Shown here: piece by piece, positions 1 to 12,925 of the stretch
Layout: each line of letters starts with the position of its first letter
Numbering within the stretch: the stretch's first letter is position 1
Notes under the pieces: model-generated
The model's database searches: none
Told to the model about the DNA's origin: nothing
The model's input: the letters and a program-made list of their open reading frames with translations, nothing else
Position numbers and translations under genes: made by a program
Origin: Felis catus
Lineage: Eukaryota
Length of the DNA stretch: 64,000 nucleotides
Reading direction: 5' to 3'
NCBI RefSeq assembly: GCF_018350175.1
Contig: NC_058369.1
Coordinates: 16,370,001-16,434,000, forward strand

Positions 1-1422
1 CCCCTGGAGACTTCTGAAAGAGAGCTCAGCAGTTCCCCGGCTTGGCGTCCGGGAATGAGGTGGCTGGGGCAGGCAGGAAGTGGGGGCTGCCCAGAAGGGT
101 ATCGGTCAGTCACGTGGCTCCCTGCCCTGATTGTAACCAGCGGGAGGCCCTGCTTTTCTGTGAGGGTCCTCAGCCACCATTTGTCCTGGGAGGCTAGCCA
201 GAGTCCAGCAAGGTCACACGTACTCGGGAGGCACCCCCACTAACAGAGGCCACCGCACGCTGCCCCACCAGCCAGCCAGACGCCCCGCCATAAACGAGCA
301 GGCCCCAGTCCCTCTCCTGCCGCCCCAGACACGATCTGGGGCTGGGGCGGACTGCGTTGAGACAAGGAAAGGAACCGGAAAGCCTCAAAACCTGCCCAAG
401 ATGTTGTTGAGACTGGTTTCAAAGTGATCTGCAGTCTGACTGCCTCTCATCTCCACCGGGCCAAGCTGCTGCCTCTCGTCTGTTTTCCTCTCCTGGACCC
501 TCCTACCTTATCACTCTGCTTCTGCTAGTGTCCCCCAGGCTATTCTCCACGTGGCAGCCAGAGTGATGCTGATAAAACATCTCCCCGGAGCACCCACCAA
601 AGCCCATCCCGTGGCCACAGGCCCTCTGTCACCTCTCTGACTCGGGTCCCACCACCTCCCCCATGGCACTGCCTGCTCCCGCTCAGCGTCCTTGTGCCCT
701 CTGCGGGAATGTCTTCCCTCGATGCTGCCCGGGGCAAATGCCGACGTGCCCCACGCGGATGTTCCAGCCTGCCTAGGAGGCCCTGCCTCAACCAGTGAGG
801 ACAGGAGTAGCTGCATAGCCTGATTCCCTTATCCCCTCAGTAGGACAGCCAGCCATCTTCTGGAGGCCCCCAGTGGGGCTGAGCCCCTACTGTCTGCAGC
901 GCTCTCTGCTCCCATGTGCCCCACAGAGACTTCCTTTCCTTCCAGCTGCTCTCCCATGCTCCCTGGGGTCACCTCCCAGGGAGACCACTTGCATGCAGGC
1001 CCCTGTCTCAGCTGAGACATTCCATCTCTCCTTTCTTGTTTTTTTTTTTTTTCTCTTCTTTAACAACTCTCATTCTCCCCTCCCCCTGCAACTGCATTCT
1101 TTCTGTCTCTATGAATTTGAGGACTCAAGGTACCTCATTCAAGTGGAATCACACAACATTTGTCCATACCTGGCCTATTTCACTCAGCAGAACATCCTCA
1201 AATTTCATCCATGTTGTAACAAGTGCCAGATTGTCCTTCCTTTTTCGGGGCCGAATAACAGTCCATTGTGTGTATACACATCCATCCGTCCGTCCGTGGG
1301 CGCTTGGCTGTTTCCACCTTGGGCCTATGGTGAATAATGGCTCTATGAACATTGACGTGCGAGTACCTCTTTGTCCCTGCTTTCAATTCTTTCGGGCATG
1401 TACTTAGAAATGGAATTGCTGG

Positions 1423-1649
1423 GGGGCGCCCAGGTGGCGCAGTCGGTTAAGCGTCCGACTTCAGCCAGGTCACGATCTCACGGTCCGTGAGTTCGAGCCC
1501 CGCGTCAGGCTCTGGGCTGATGGCTCAGAGCCTGGAGCCTGTTTCCGATTCTGTGTCTCCCTCTCTCTCTGCCCCTCCCCCGTTCATGCTCTGTCTCTCT
1601 CTGTCCCAAAAATAAATAAACGTTGAAAAAAAAAATTAAAAAAAAAAAA
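1423..1649 (+). mobile_element. Young felid SINE (SINEC_Fc-like) with 17 bp TSD
   Basis: GGGGCGCC head, tRNA-derived boxes, CT-rich tract, A tail; TSD AGAAATGGAATTGCTGG at 1406-1422 and 1650-1666. Confidence 0.93.
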
Positions 1650-1955
1650 AGAAATGGAATTGCTGGAATCATATGGCAACGTGTTTTTAATTTTGCGATG
1701 ACCCTCCGTGGCGTCTTCCACAGCCGCTGCACCATTTTACATTCCCACCGACAGCACCCACGGGTCCCAGTCTCTCCACATTCTCGCCAACGCTTGTTGT
1801 GTTCGTGGGTAATCGTCATCCTAATGGGCGTGAGGTGGTATCCCGTAGTGGTCTGGATTTGCATTTCCCCAACTAGGGATGTTGAACATCCGTTCACATG
1901 CTAATTGGCCATTTGTAGCCCTTCTTTGGAGGAATGTCTATTCAAGTCTTGCCCT

Positions 1956-2119
1956 GTTTTGTTTTGTTTTTTAATTTTAGAGAGAAAGAGTGCCCGTGCG
2001 GGAAAGAAGGGCAGAGGGAGAGAGAGAACCCTTGGGGCCCCATCCCAAGACGCTGGGATCACGACCTGAGCCGAAATCAAGAGTCAGACGCTCAACCGAC
2101 TGAGCCACCCGGGCGCCCC
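1956..2119 (-). mobile_element. Older carnivore SINEC
   Basis: Ends in ...tgagccacccgggcgcccc; TSD-like AAGTCTTGCCC at 1944-1954 and 2120-2130. Confidence 0.85.
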
Positions 2120-2369
2120 AAGTCTTGCCCATCGCTGAGGCAGGTTATTAATTATGTTGCTGTTGAGTCGTAGAGATCCTTTATATATTCTGGGTATTAT
2201 CTCCTCTTTTTTTTAAGTCGTTGTCCAACTATTACCTTCTCTGATCATCACCGGCCTCATTATTTAACATGTCAACTCCCTCCTAGCTCTTACACATGCG
2301 CACGCACGTGCACACACACACACACACACACACGCACCGCAAAGCCTCTTCCCCACTTTGGGTCCCTCC

Positions 2370-2530
2370 TCAGCCTTTATCACGTGTTGACACACTTTAT
2401 GGTTGGTGACTTTGCGAGCTCCACGGGGCAGAGGTTTTGACACTTTCTCCACAACGGTGTTCCCGGGGCCTAAGCGAGAGCCTGGCAAACAGTCGGTGCT
2501 CAATAAACTCTGAGCAAATGGAAGGAAGAT
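2370..2530 (+). mobile_element. L2 3'-end fragment
   Basis: gagcctggcaaacagtcggtgctcaataaa resembles the L2 terminus. Confidence 0.55.
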
Positions 2531-3719
2531 GAGTGAGGCTCCTGCACACTCACCCCCTCATACATACTGTCTCACACGTGCTGCGGGCGCACTCCCCACA
2601 CGCGCTTACACTGACAACCCCAGCGCACTTGCAGACAGGACCCCCACCACACCACACCCTCACGCAGCGACTCACACAGCCACAGGCTCACCTCACATGC
2701 TGACGCACTCACATGCACAGGAGGCCATGCAAATGCACCCTGATGGAGCTGCCCTGACCTCCTGGGTCCTCCTGGCCTGCGGGCTGTTTCCTACCCTCTG
2801 TGGCCCACTCCTCACTCTGAGCCCCTGATCTCCCCCACACCCCCGGTCTCTAGGGCCCCCAGCCTCTCTGCAGGGCATTGCTTTTCCTCCCGATCAAAAC
2901 CATGTGGATCACCTCCTCCAGGAAGTCTCCCCTCACACTCCCCACTGAACTCCAAGGGGAGGGGAGGAGCCCTGGCCCCAAGCAGGGTGTGGGCAACAGG
3001 ACGGGGTTTGCAGGCTGTGTATGTACCTCCCGCTGTCATTTCAGGGACTGTACACTTATCTGCTGCTGAGAAGCCCAGGGCTGGGGAACCCACCAGGGAC
3101 CCCAGATACTGCCCCAGTAAGGCCTCTTCCTCTGGCCTACAGCCATAACACAGGCAGAGTGCCTCAGTTTCCCCATCTGAGTCAGGCAGGGGTCTAAGGC
3201 CCCTTCCATTCTGTTAGCCTGGAAACAAAGTCAGCTCCTGCCCTGCCATTCATTCCCAATGTGACTCAGTGTGACTGCTCTGGGCCTCAGTTTCCCCACC
3301 TGCGACATGGGCGGCCCTGGGCCCATGCCCCGTGAGTCCCCGATTACTGGTGGTGGGAGGAGACAGTGCAGACACCCCAGTGGCATCCCTGTGTTGGGGG
3401 CTACAGCACAGCTCCCACCTCCAGAGGGGAGAGGGGGAGGAGGAGAGGACAAGAGCAAGGGGTGGGGGGGCACCCGGGCCTCTTCCAGCTCAGCCCTACT
3501 CCTACCCGTGTCCCTGGACGCAGGCGCAGAGGATTTGGGCACACCGGACAGGATAGTTTGAAGGGGAGAAAGGAGGCAGGATCTCAGCATGACTGCCCTC
3601 ATTTTGTCCAGGGCTAACCATGTGGGGCTCATACATATTACAGAAGTCAACCAAAGGGCCACAGAGGGGAAAGAAGGAAGGAGGGAGAGAGGGAAGGAAG
3701 AAAGGAATGAATGAGGAAG

Positions 3720-3942
3720 AAAGGAAGGACAGAAGCCGTTTATTCATGAGGCCCCTGGGGTGAAGACAGAGAGGCACAGCTCATAGAGGGAGATGACAGG
3801 CACACGGAGATCTGCAGGGCAGTGCGGAGGGAGCTGGTGTAGGAGCCTCGATGCCCTCCCTTGCTCCCCACAACTCCAGGCCACTGGTGTCAGCGCTGAG
3901 AGTGGGGGATGAGCGGTCCCCAGCATGGCCTCCCTGGGCTCC
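3720..3942 (-). other. MYL3: MYL3 non-coding terminal exon 7 (3' UTR)
   Basis: Acceptor ctttgctctcag just upstream of 3942; AATAAA at 3744-3739; cleavage site estimated. Confidence 0.8.
3739..3744 (-). terminator. MYL3: MYL3 polyadenylation signal AATAAA
   Basis: tttatt on the plus strand, followed on the minus strand by a pyrimidine-rich downstream tract (about 3665-3730). Confidence 0.85.
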
Positions 3943-4084
3943 CTGAGAGCAAAGGCGGTCACCGGTTACAGAGGACAGGGCGGAGCGAGGCAGCAGGATG
4001 CCAACTGAGAACTGGAGTTGGTGGGGATGGGGAGGTGGCGATAAGGGATCCAGATGACAGCGCGTGAGGCCATCTCTGCTGTCA

Positions 4085-4471
<387 letters not shown>

Positions 4472-5297
4472 TCACTTTGGCACGGCCATCCCGGCTCACA
4501 AGGCCTCGGCCATCACCCCCATTTCTGAGTCCAGGGGAATCAGTGACAAGTCAAAAACGGTGGAACCTGGGGTGCAGGCCTGGTGCCCCCTCCAAGCCTG
4601 GGCTCTGTCCTTAAAAAGCCAGCTTGGCGTTCAAGTCACCAGCACGCACTGTCCTCTTTTTTCGACGGGCTGCTGGGGGTCCTCCCATCACGAGGAGGCC
4701 AGCCCCACCATGTCCCCAGAAGCAGCTCCCCAGGGCGGCCTCTTGAGGCTCGAGGAAGGGCCCGTGGGGTGAAGCTGAGGGCCTTGAGGGGTGATGGTGG
4801 AGGAGACCAAGAGACAACATCTCTGTTCTCCAGACAAGTCTGCCACGCTCCTGCCTCTGGGTTTTGTGTGCTGTGTGGGTTCCCTCACTGCAGTGGGGGG
4901 CGACCTCCTACCCCCAGCCACACACACAACCCAGAGACCAGCACAGGGCTAAGCACGCAGTAGGAGTTCAGTCAACGCTTGGTACGGGGAAGAGCTGCTT
5001 TGAGCAGACATAGTAGGTGCTCAATAAACATTTGCTGTACAAAAAGCTTCTTTGAGAAGGGGGTGCCCTGCCAGCCAGATGACGGGGGTCTGGATGTCCA
5101 AGAGGCAGGCGCCTAACCTACTGGGCCACTTAGTTGCCGTGTCCCTGGAATGTGACCTCAAGACAACGAACACCGGGACTGAGTTGATCCTGCTGGATAC
5201 GCCACACTGCCCTACCCTGTCCCCAGAGCTGTCCTCACCCCCCTGGGGTTCTGTGAGCTGCACCAACACATTCTCTTCCTCCCTACCTAAGTCTCTA

Positions 5298-5711
<414 letters not shown>

Positions 5712-6405
5712 TCACACAGTCCCAAAGCACTCTCTACACCCGTTAGCCATTCACAAAGCACTTCACCATCATGAGGCACTTCACAGTCAACGGAGAAATG
5801 CATTGTTTACATAATCCTTTGCTGTCCACAAGGACGGTTGGCTGCAGTGCTCTGTCTAGCGCCTCTGCTCTCCTTTGGGGAAACCCTCCTAGATGGTGTC
5901 ATTTTCTAATAGACCCCACCCTCCCCACAACCTGTGATTGGCCAGCAGATTGGCCAGGGGCCAATCAGAGACCTTCCCTGGGACTTTTGAACCTGGGGAG
6001 AGGGCTTCAGTCTCACTCTTCCTGGGGGCAAAGTAGGCAAACCTCTCTGGCAAAAACGGTGAGGGAATCTGGGGCCCGGAGCCCCAGAGAGACGTGGAGG
6101 AGACAAGGAAGGGCCACTGAGCAGAGGGTGGCCAAGGCTGGGTGCCCCCCACCCCCCCCCCGGCCGCCCTCACACCAGCCGCTGCAGCTCATTTGCACTG
6201 TCAGTTTCCTATCTGGCGAATCAGCGTGGGGACAGATGGCCCAGCAAACTCACTCCTTGTTGCCCCGTCGGCATCGCCTGAGACCAGCTCAGTGTCCTCA
6301 TCCAGACAATGGGAAGATGTCAGGAGAGCGCAGAGCAGGGAGGGTCCCACGTCGTCCCACCACAGACAGCGCCCCCCCAGCGGCCTCCCCGGGGCCTGGC
6401 ACTCA

Positions 6406-6618
<213 letters not shown>

Positions 6619-6698
6619 TCACGCTGCATTGGCAGGACTCTCAGGCTGGGGACCCTGGGCCCCACCCTGCCGCCCTCGGGCTCAAGACCCTCACTCAC

Positions 6699-6726
6699 CT
6701 TCAATCTGCTCCGGTGTAAACTCGAT
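6699..6726 (-). CDS. MYL3: MYL3 coding exon 2 (28 nt)
   Basis: tctcctttcag|ATC GAG TTT ACA CCG GAG CAG ATT GAA G|gtgagt, IEFTPEQIE. Confidence 0.95.
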
Positions 6727-8074
6727 CTGAAAGGAGACCCCAAAGATTCTGAGTGCCTGGCTCAGAGGGTGGGACCAGGCCTCCTCCCAGGCACTTCCAG
6801 GGGCACAACCCAGGCCTCAGCCTCTTGGCTACCCGACTTGTCCCCGTTCCAGCACCCACAACCTCCTGCCATCGACCCTGGTACCTTCCTGCCTCCTTCC
6901 CCCTCCTGACCTGTTAGAACGAGGGCCTTCAGTCTGCATGTGCTCAGACCCTGATGGCGGTGGGGGGAGGGGGCGGGGGGCCGCATCTGGGGAAGAGGTG
7001 AGAAGGCTGGCCCGGTGCCCTGAGTCCCCAGCTCAGCCTAGGCCTTACCTGTCACCCCTGGTCCTGGACAGAGGTGTCTGAAGCCACAAGATTTGATCAG
7101 ACTGGCTTTGCCCCCACCCCCGGCAGGCCTGGGGGCCCAACGGGCAGGACCATCCACAGGAGAGAGACGGGAGGCCTCATCTCCTTGTGGAGGGTGACAG
7201 GAGGGGGAAGGGGGAAGGTCCAGGCCAGATCGTTTCTGTCAGAATGAGAGCATATCCACAGGAATGCACGCGTGTGTGTGAGAGAGATGCACGTGTGTGC
7301 ATTCACACACGTGTGTGCATCTGCAAGTGTTTACATGCACCTGTCCCGCACAGGGCCCTCAAGGCTAGGCACTGTCACTCACATGGCCCCGCTCTACAAT
7401 GGGGTCTTACCCACCCCTTCCATAAGCCGGAGGCCACCCCCACCGAAGCAGAGCATGGGGCCAGGGGGGTGTGGGTGAGTGTTTGCTGAGGCCACATCAG
7501 AGCCACCTGAGGTCAGGAGGCCTCCTGGGACCTGGTTTCCCCCTCCTCACCCGATACCAGGTCTATTTTTATCACGGCAGTCACTCGCCCCAAGGTCAAG
7601 GTCGCAGGAGGGAAAGGAGCTTGGGGGAGGGGGCGTGACTGGCACCTCTTCCACTGCTGCTCCCTGGGAGCCCCACCGACCTCCACCTCCACGGCACACA
7701 TCAGCGCAGAGGAACCCTGCCACCTTGTCGTGCGTGTCCCCACCCAGTGCTGGGAAGAACAAGTTGTTGCTCCCCGCCCCCTGCGAGCTCTCTCAGCACC
7801 AGGAAGCCTGCTGGCATTAGGCTGCCTGGCCTCCTGGCAAAGCCTCCTGCCCTTCACTGGCCGGCCCGAGGGGCTCCCTACACCCTCCTCTCGGAGGGGA
7901 GTCTGTGCCCACCGCAGATCCGGGGAGACTGGACAACGCCACCTTGGGCCTGGAGTGGTCGGACCCCAGCAGGGGACCTGTGGGACACGAGTTTGGACAC
8001 AGGGGGAGGCTGGGGCTCAGGAAGCCAACTCCAAAGAGCACTTTCTGTGAACAGTTCCTGGTAGCCTGCAAGGA

Positions 8075-8175
8075 AGGTTTATTACCCCATTTCACATCTG
8101 GGGAAACCGAGCCCCAGAGCAGTGAACAGGAGGGAACAATGTTGGGATTTGAACCCGGGTCTTGAGGGACAAGGT
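8075..8175 (-). mobile_element. MIR fragment in MYL3 intron 1 (other MIR cores near 3160, 3285, 13850, 19705, 28915, 29510, 34860)
   Basis: ttattaccccatttcacatctggggaaaccgag...gggatttgaacccgggtc matches the antisense MIR core. Confidence 0.65.
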
Positions 8176-8974
8176 AGGCGCCCCGGGAAGGGCTCACAAA
8201 CAGGAGACGGTTCTGTGCAGTTGGGCCACAGGTCTGGCTGGACAGGCAGGAGCTGTGTAGGGCTGGGGGAGCTCCACAGGGCAGGGTGGCAGTGACCGGT
8301 GGCCAGCCACGAACAGGGGACAGGCGGGACACGGGGGATGTGCCACTATGCAAATACCACAGGTGGGAGTCATGGCTCTCCCTCCAAGTTTAGACTCTGA
8401 GAAAGAATCTCTGGTTCCACTGGTCACGGCTCCAAGACCAATTTCCTACATGATCTACTCAGCCTGTGCCTCAACTTCCCTACCTAAAAGCTGAGGCTTG
8501 ACTAAGTCTGGGGCTCGGCCACTCTGGTAGGGGTGAGTGTGACCCAGCCTGGGCAGGGGCCTCACCTCCTCATCCTCTCCCCCCAGGCCACCCTGGGGGA
8601 CTTGGCGTGGACGTGAGACCCCACTGCTAGACAAGGAAGATCCCTACTTGGCCACAGGGGTTGGGTCCAGGCAGCTCCGGGATTCCCCAAGGATGAGGTC
8701 CAGGGACGAGGGCAAGAGACAGTTTCCAGAGCCACCAAAAGACTTGCCCTTCAGCGGCACTGGGGGAGTCCTGCCTGATGTCTGACAACCGTCCCTCCTG
8801 CTGCAGCCCTCCGGATGCCTGAAAGCCCCCAGGGCCGGTCTGACCTCTGCGTGGAGGCTTCCAGGGTCCGCTCAGTGCTCACTTTCTAGAGTCTGGCCTG
8901 CCACTGAGTAGGTCCACTCTGGGATCCACTGACCTGCCCCGTCCTTCCTGCTGAAACCCAGCTCCCACACCCAC

Positions 8975-9106
8975 CTTGATTTTGGAGGCATCAAACTCCA
9001 CTTCCTTGGGGCGCTCGGGCTCGGGTGCAGGTGCGGGCGCTGGCGCGGGAGCCGCCTTGGCTGCTTTGGCATCGTCCTTCTTGGGGTCTGGCTTTTTGGG
9101 GGCCAT
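8975..9106 (-). CDS. MYL3: MYL3 coding exon 1 (Lys- and Ala/Pro-rich actin-binding N-terminal extension)
   Basis: ATG at 9106; [44 protein letters not shown] then donor AAG|gtgggt. Confidence 0.97.
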
Positions 9107-9179
9107 GGGAGCTGTCAGCACAGAGAGGGATGTGGAGAGATGGCAAGCAGAGAGCAGGGTAGGTGAGGCTCCCAGGCCT

Positions 9180-9310
9180 GGCCTTTATCCTGTCCGGACA
9201 CCTCCTGACCCCAGTCCCCCCCACCCCCACAGTGCACAATAGGGACAGGGCCATAAAAGGACATTGGCTAAGCTCAGGGGCTATTTCGGGGCCTGGGGAG
9301 GGCATTGTTC
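9180..9310 (-). promoter_or_regulatory. MYL3: MYL3 proximal promoter: GATAAA TATA-like box, CArG box, CCAAT, MEF2-like site
   Basis: GATAAA 9189-9184; exact CArG CCATAAAAGG 9251-9260; CCAAT on minus at 9267-9263; CTATTTCGGG 9281-9290. Confidence 0.75.
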
Positions 9311-11899
9311 GGGCTCAGGAATGGGTGGGGAAGAGGGAGGGCCCTCCCTTCCTCCCAATCACCTGTTGGGGAGAGGGAGGGGGAGGAGAGGACCGAAGCC
9401 ACTGCTCAACACACACCACTCACCCTCAAATGCACACGCACCCATAGGCACAGCAGCCCTGATGCCCCTTGGCAAGTCAATACACTGAACAGGACCCGAA
9501 GGCTGGACCGGAGCATGTTGTGTCGGGAGCAGAAGGGCTGTGACCTAAGAGCGCCTCTTGAGTTAAATTTCCCATCTGTGCACCGAATTCCCGTGTGTGT
9601 GTGTGTGCGTGCGCGCGCGCGTGTGGCTGTTTGTGTATGTCTGTCTGTCTACGGTGGGAGGCGTGTATCTGTGTGTGTTGTCCAGGTGTCTTCATGTTTG
9701 GCGGGGGAGGTCCTCGTGTGCGCCTCTGTGTCTCGTGGGGAACGGCTCATGCCCATCTCCGTGTTGGCTCTGTGGGTCTGTCGGGGTGTTTATACGTACG
9801 CACATGTCTGTGTGTATCTCTGTGAGCGTGTCTGTGAGTGTCACTTCCGTGTGTTTGTGTCTGGGTGTTTATAAGTATCTGTGTGTGTCTGCTCAAGGCT
9901 CGCAGGCAGCTGCGGCCCCGGGCGGGGCGGGGGGGGGGGGCTCCGGGAAGGCCCCAAGTGGCAACGGAATGTGCTGCTCCCTCGAGCACAGTTCAGCAGC
10001 CCAGCGGCCCCCACTGCCTCCTTCCTTGGCACCCGGCTGGCCCCTCGCCAGCTCCTGTTTCACCTCACTTCCCATCGCCTCTCCCCCCACCGCCCTCTGC
10101 CTGTGGACCACTTTATGCATGCCTCTGAGGGACCTCAGGGAGCCAAGCGAGATTTGCAACCCCCCCCCCCCCGCCCCGGCACCCACCCCATGCCCAGGTC
10201 TCATCAGAGGGCAGTGACAGAGGGCAGCCTGGCCAGGCCACCACTTGGGAAAGCGGGGTGGTGGGAAGGCTGAGCTGGCATGAGGCCCCTCCGGGCCCAG
10301 AACTGTGAGAGTGGGGACATCTTGTGAGCACATTGGGCTCCCTCCCTCTGTGCCGGGGGTGGGAAGGAGGTGCTCCTTGTTATTTTTAAGTGCCTGGAGC
10401 CTTTGATAGAAACTTCAGAGGCAATGCCTCACCCATCCAGACCCCAGGGGGGATTCCTGGGTGTGGAGAGGGGCTGGGGCTGGAGCCTGGAGGGGGGGAA
10501 GGATTCACAGGGGCCTCCCCCTGGGGTCCCCCCACCGTCTACCTGCTGAGCCCAGGTCGCTCTGATCCTGTCACTCGTCCTCACCAAGAGGGGGAGAGCA
10601 GTGGGACAGACGGGGCCGGGTCCCCCCCCCCCCCAGCTGGAACACAGGAAATGCCTCCCCTCATCTGGAGGACAGAACACCCCACATCTGGAAATCTGAC
10701 AACATCCGGTGCTGGGGGGGGGGGCAAGTTTTTCACTTTCCTTCCAGATGTTTGGCAAAAGTATTGAGAAAAAAAGGGGTGGGGGGAGGGTCCACAGAGA
10801 CAAGCCAGAAATACCACAAGAGAAGACAGCCAGGGGAGGACACACAGAGAGAGAGGCTCTTGGGCGGCCCCACTGCCCAGGCCTGATGGCCCTCAAGACA
10901 ACTGACTCTGGATGTCCCACGGGGACTCCAGCCACCCACAGGGACAACCAGTGAGACACTACCCAGTCCCCTTTCACTCATGATGGGTGAAACCAAGACC
11001 CAGGGCAGAGGACACACTCAGGGTCACCCAGACTTCTGATCTCGTTCCTTTCGTCCACACATGACTGCCATCTCTCAGAAACCACTCGACACCAGCTTGA
11101 ACAGGGGTAGGTGAGTGACATAGGGCTCCTGACCGGCAGCTGCCAGGTCCATGCTACGGGGTGGGACAGGCTGATGCAGCCAGCCGGAGCCACACTGCAC
11201 CACGTCTTCTGCTTGGGAGAACGTCGGGGGGGAGGGGGGCCTCTGTCCCCTTCCCTCATGCACAGGGCAGGTGCGGTCCTGCAGTGGGGACATTGTGCAC
11301 AGAGCCACCTTCCACTGCCTCCCGAAGGCTTAGACGGAGGCAGGGGCCAGGTCTTTGACTGCTGAGCTCTGGTTCCTGGGAGCCACAGCATCCCCAGGGC
11401 TCACCCTGCGGGACCTCTCTCAACCTCAAGCTAATGCCCAGCCCCCAGCAGGGGCTCTGCAGGGATCAGCCTCCTCCATTGCCAGCAGGACAGGCTGTTG
11501 AGGCCAGAAGCAAGGCAGGGGGTGGGCTGGTGGGCAGGCAGGTGAGCAGTAAGGAGGGCCACTCTAAGGTTTGGCTCTCCAATCTCTCTCCCAGGTCCCA
11601 GCCTGAGCTCTGTGTCCCTTAGGAAGGACAGCCTGCAGGCAAGATCCTGGCAGGGCCTGTGGGGTCTGGAGAGCCTGGCTCTTACCCCTCCGGTGCCCCC
11701 AGCCCCGGTGTCTGAGTGGTGACCGGTCTGATGCAGACTCACAGGTACTACAGTCCAGAGCCTTCTGGGGGCAACTACCTTGCCCTCCTCTCTCTCTAGC
11801 CAAGGGGAATGCTGGGGAAGATATGGGCCTTAACTTCTGAGGGGCCCATGGATAGAGGCAGAAGACCTCTGGCCACACTGGCCTCCTTCTCGGCTATTT

Positions 11900-12255
11900 C
11901 CAGCCCGCATACCTTTTGCATAAGCTGTTTCCTCCCCTCGTCTGGGACCCTGGCTATGGCTTGCTCCTTGTCATCCCCTGATCTCAGTGATATGTCACCT
12001 CCTCTGCGAAGCCTTCTCAGACTACCCTGGACCTGCTCCTTCTGCCTTGTCTCTCACTCAGACTCCCCATCGCGGTGCACCCTACAACGAGCCTGTTTCT
12101 TTGTTGTTTTGTCTCTTATGTGGATTCCCACCCTCCCCCCCATCCCATGAGGGTCAGCTGGCACGGAGGAAATTTTGTTCTTTCACATCTGTATATTCCC
12201 AGAGTCTACGACAGAGCCTGGTACACAGTAGGCACTCAATAAATGTCGGATGAGC
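11900..12255 (+). mobile_element. L2 3'-end fragment
   Basis: tgtcacctcctctgcgaagccttc...cagagcctggtacacagtaggcactcaataaatg. Confidence 0.7.
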
Positions 12256-12589
12256 AGATGTCCCAAAACATCTCAGTTTTACCCATTTCTCACACGGGGA
12301 CTGGGATCTATTGCTAAACTCCACCCATGGGGTGGTGTCAGGGGAGATTGAGGAGGGGGGATTGGCTGGAAGACTGGTAGGAGCCTGGGTCGCTGCAAGG
12401 GGCACCTCAGGACAGGAGTACAGTCAGCAGCTTCGGCCACCTCAGCCCAGGCCTGCGCCGTCTGCCACTCCCACCCACTGGCTGGGACTCCTGTCACTAG
12501 CCTCAAGAAACACTGTGACCCCATGCTATAGGCAGTGACTTGACCATGAAGACCAGCCAGCAGGGGGCGTAAAAGGGATAGAAACCAGC

Positions 12590-12925
12590 CAACCCCCAGG
12601 ACCCAGGATCCCGAACCAGAACCCAGAATCCAGAACTGGAACCTGGAACCCCAAGCCCCGACTCCGGTTTCAAATCTCAGGATCTGAACCCCAAAACTAG
12701 AACCTGGAACCCAGAGCCCAGGACCTGACCCCACTCCGGAGACCCAGACTTTAAAACCCAGCATGCCAAACCCAGACCCTCAATCCAGACTCCAGACCCA
12801 CGACCCCAGGCCAAGGAGCAGGACTCTCAACCCAGAGTCCAGACCCAGGACTCAAGACCCAGGACCCAGGACTGTCAACCCAGACCCCGGACCCAGGACC
12901 CAGGACCCAGGACCCAGGACAGGGG
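12590..12925 (+). repeat. Degenerate 6-7 bp tandem repeat (ACCCAGG / CCAGAAC / CCAGAC family)
   Basis: (ACCCAGG)x4 at 12891-12918 with many degenerate copies upstream. Confidence 0.8.

Larger units (their letters stand above)
1060..2200 (-). mobile_element. Old L1 fragment (ORF2 C-terminus and 3' region), interrupted by two SINEs
   Basis: Minus-strand translation CSTSLVGEMQIQTTTGYHLTPIRM...CRWECKMVQRLWKT resembles the L1 ORF2 C-terminus; boundaries approximate. Confidence 0.85.

Noticed and set aside
1423..1510. tRNA-like A/B boxes
   Set aside because: tRNA-derived SINE head, not a tRNA gene; same for all SINEC copies
1505..1897. 130 aa minus-strand ORF with L1 ORF2-like residues
   Set aside because: Chimera of decayed L1 and antisense SINE, not a gene
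9595..10217. Cys/Val-rich ORFs (also near 16300 and 51900-52900)
   Set aside because: Products of TG-rich degenerate microsatellite
12590..12925. CRISPR-like or coding repeat
   Set aside because: No unique spacers, units too short, mammalian context
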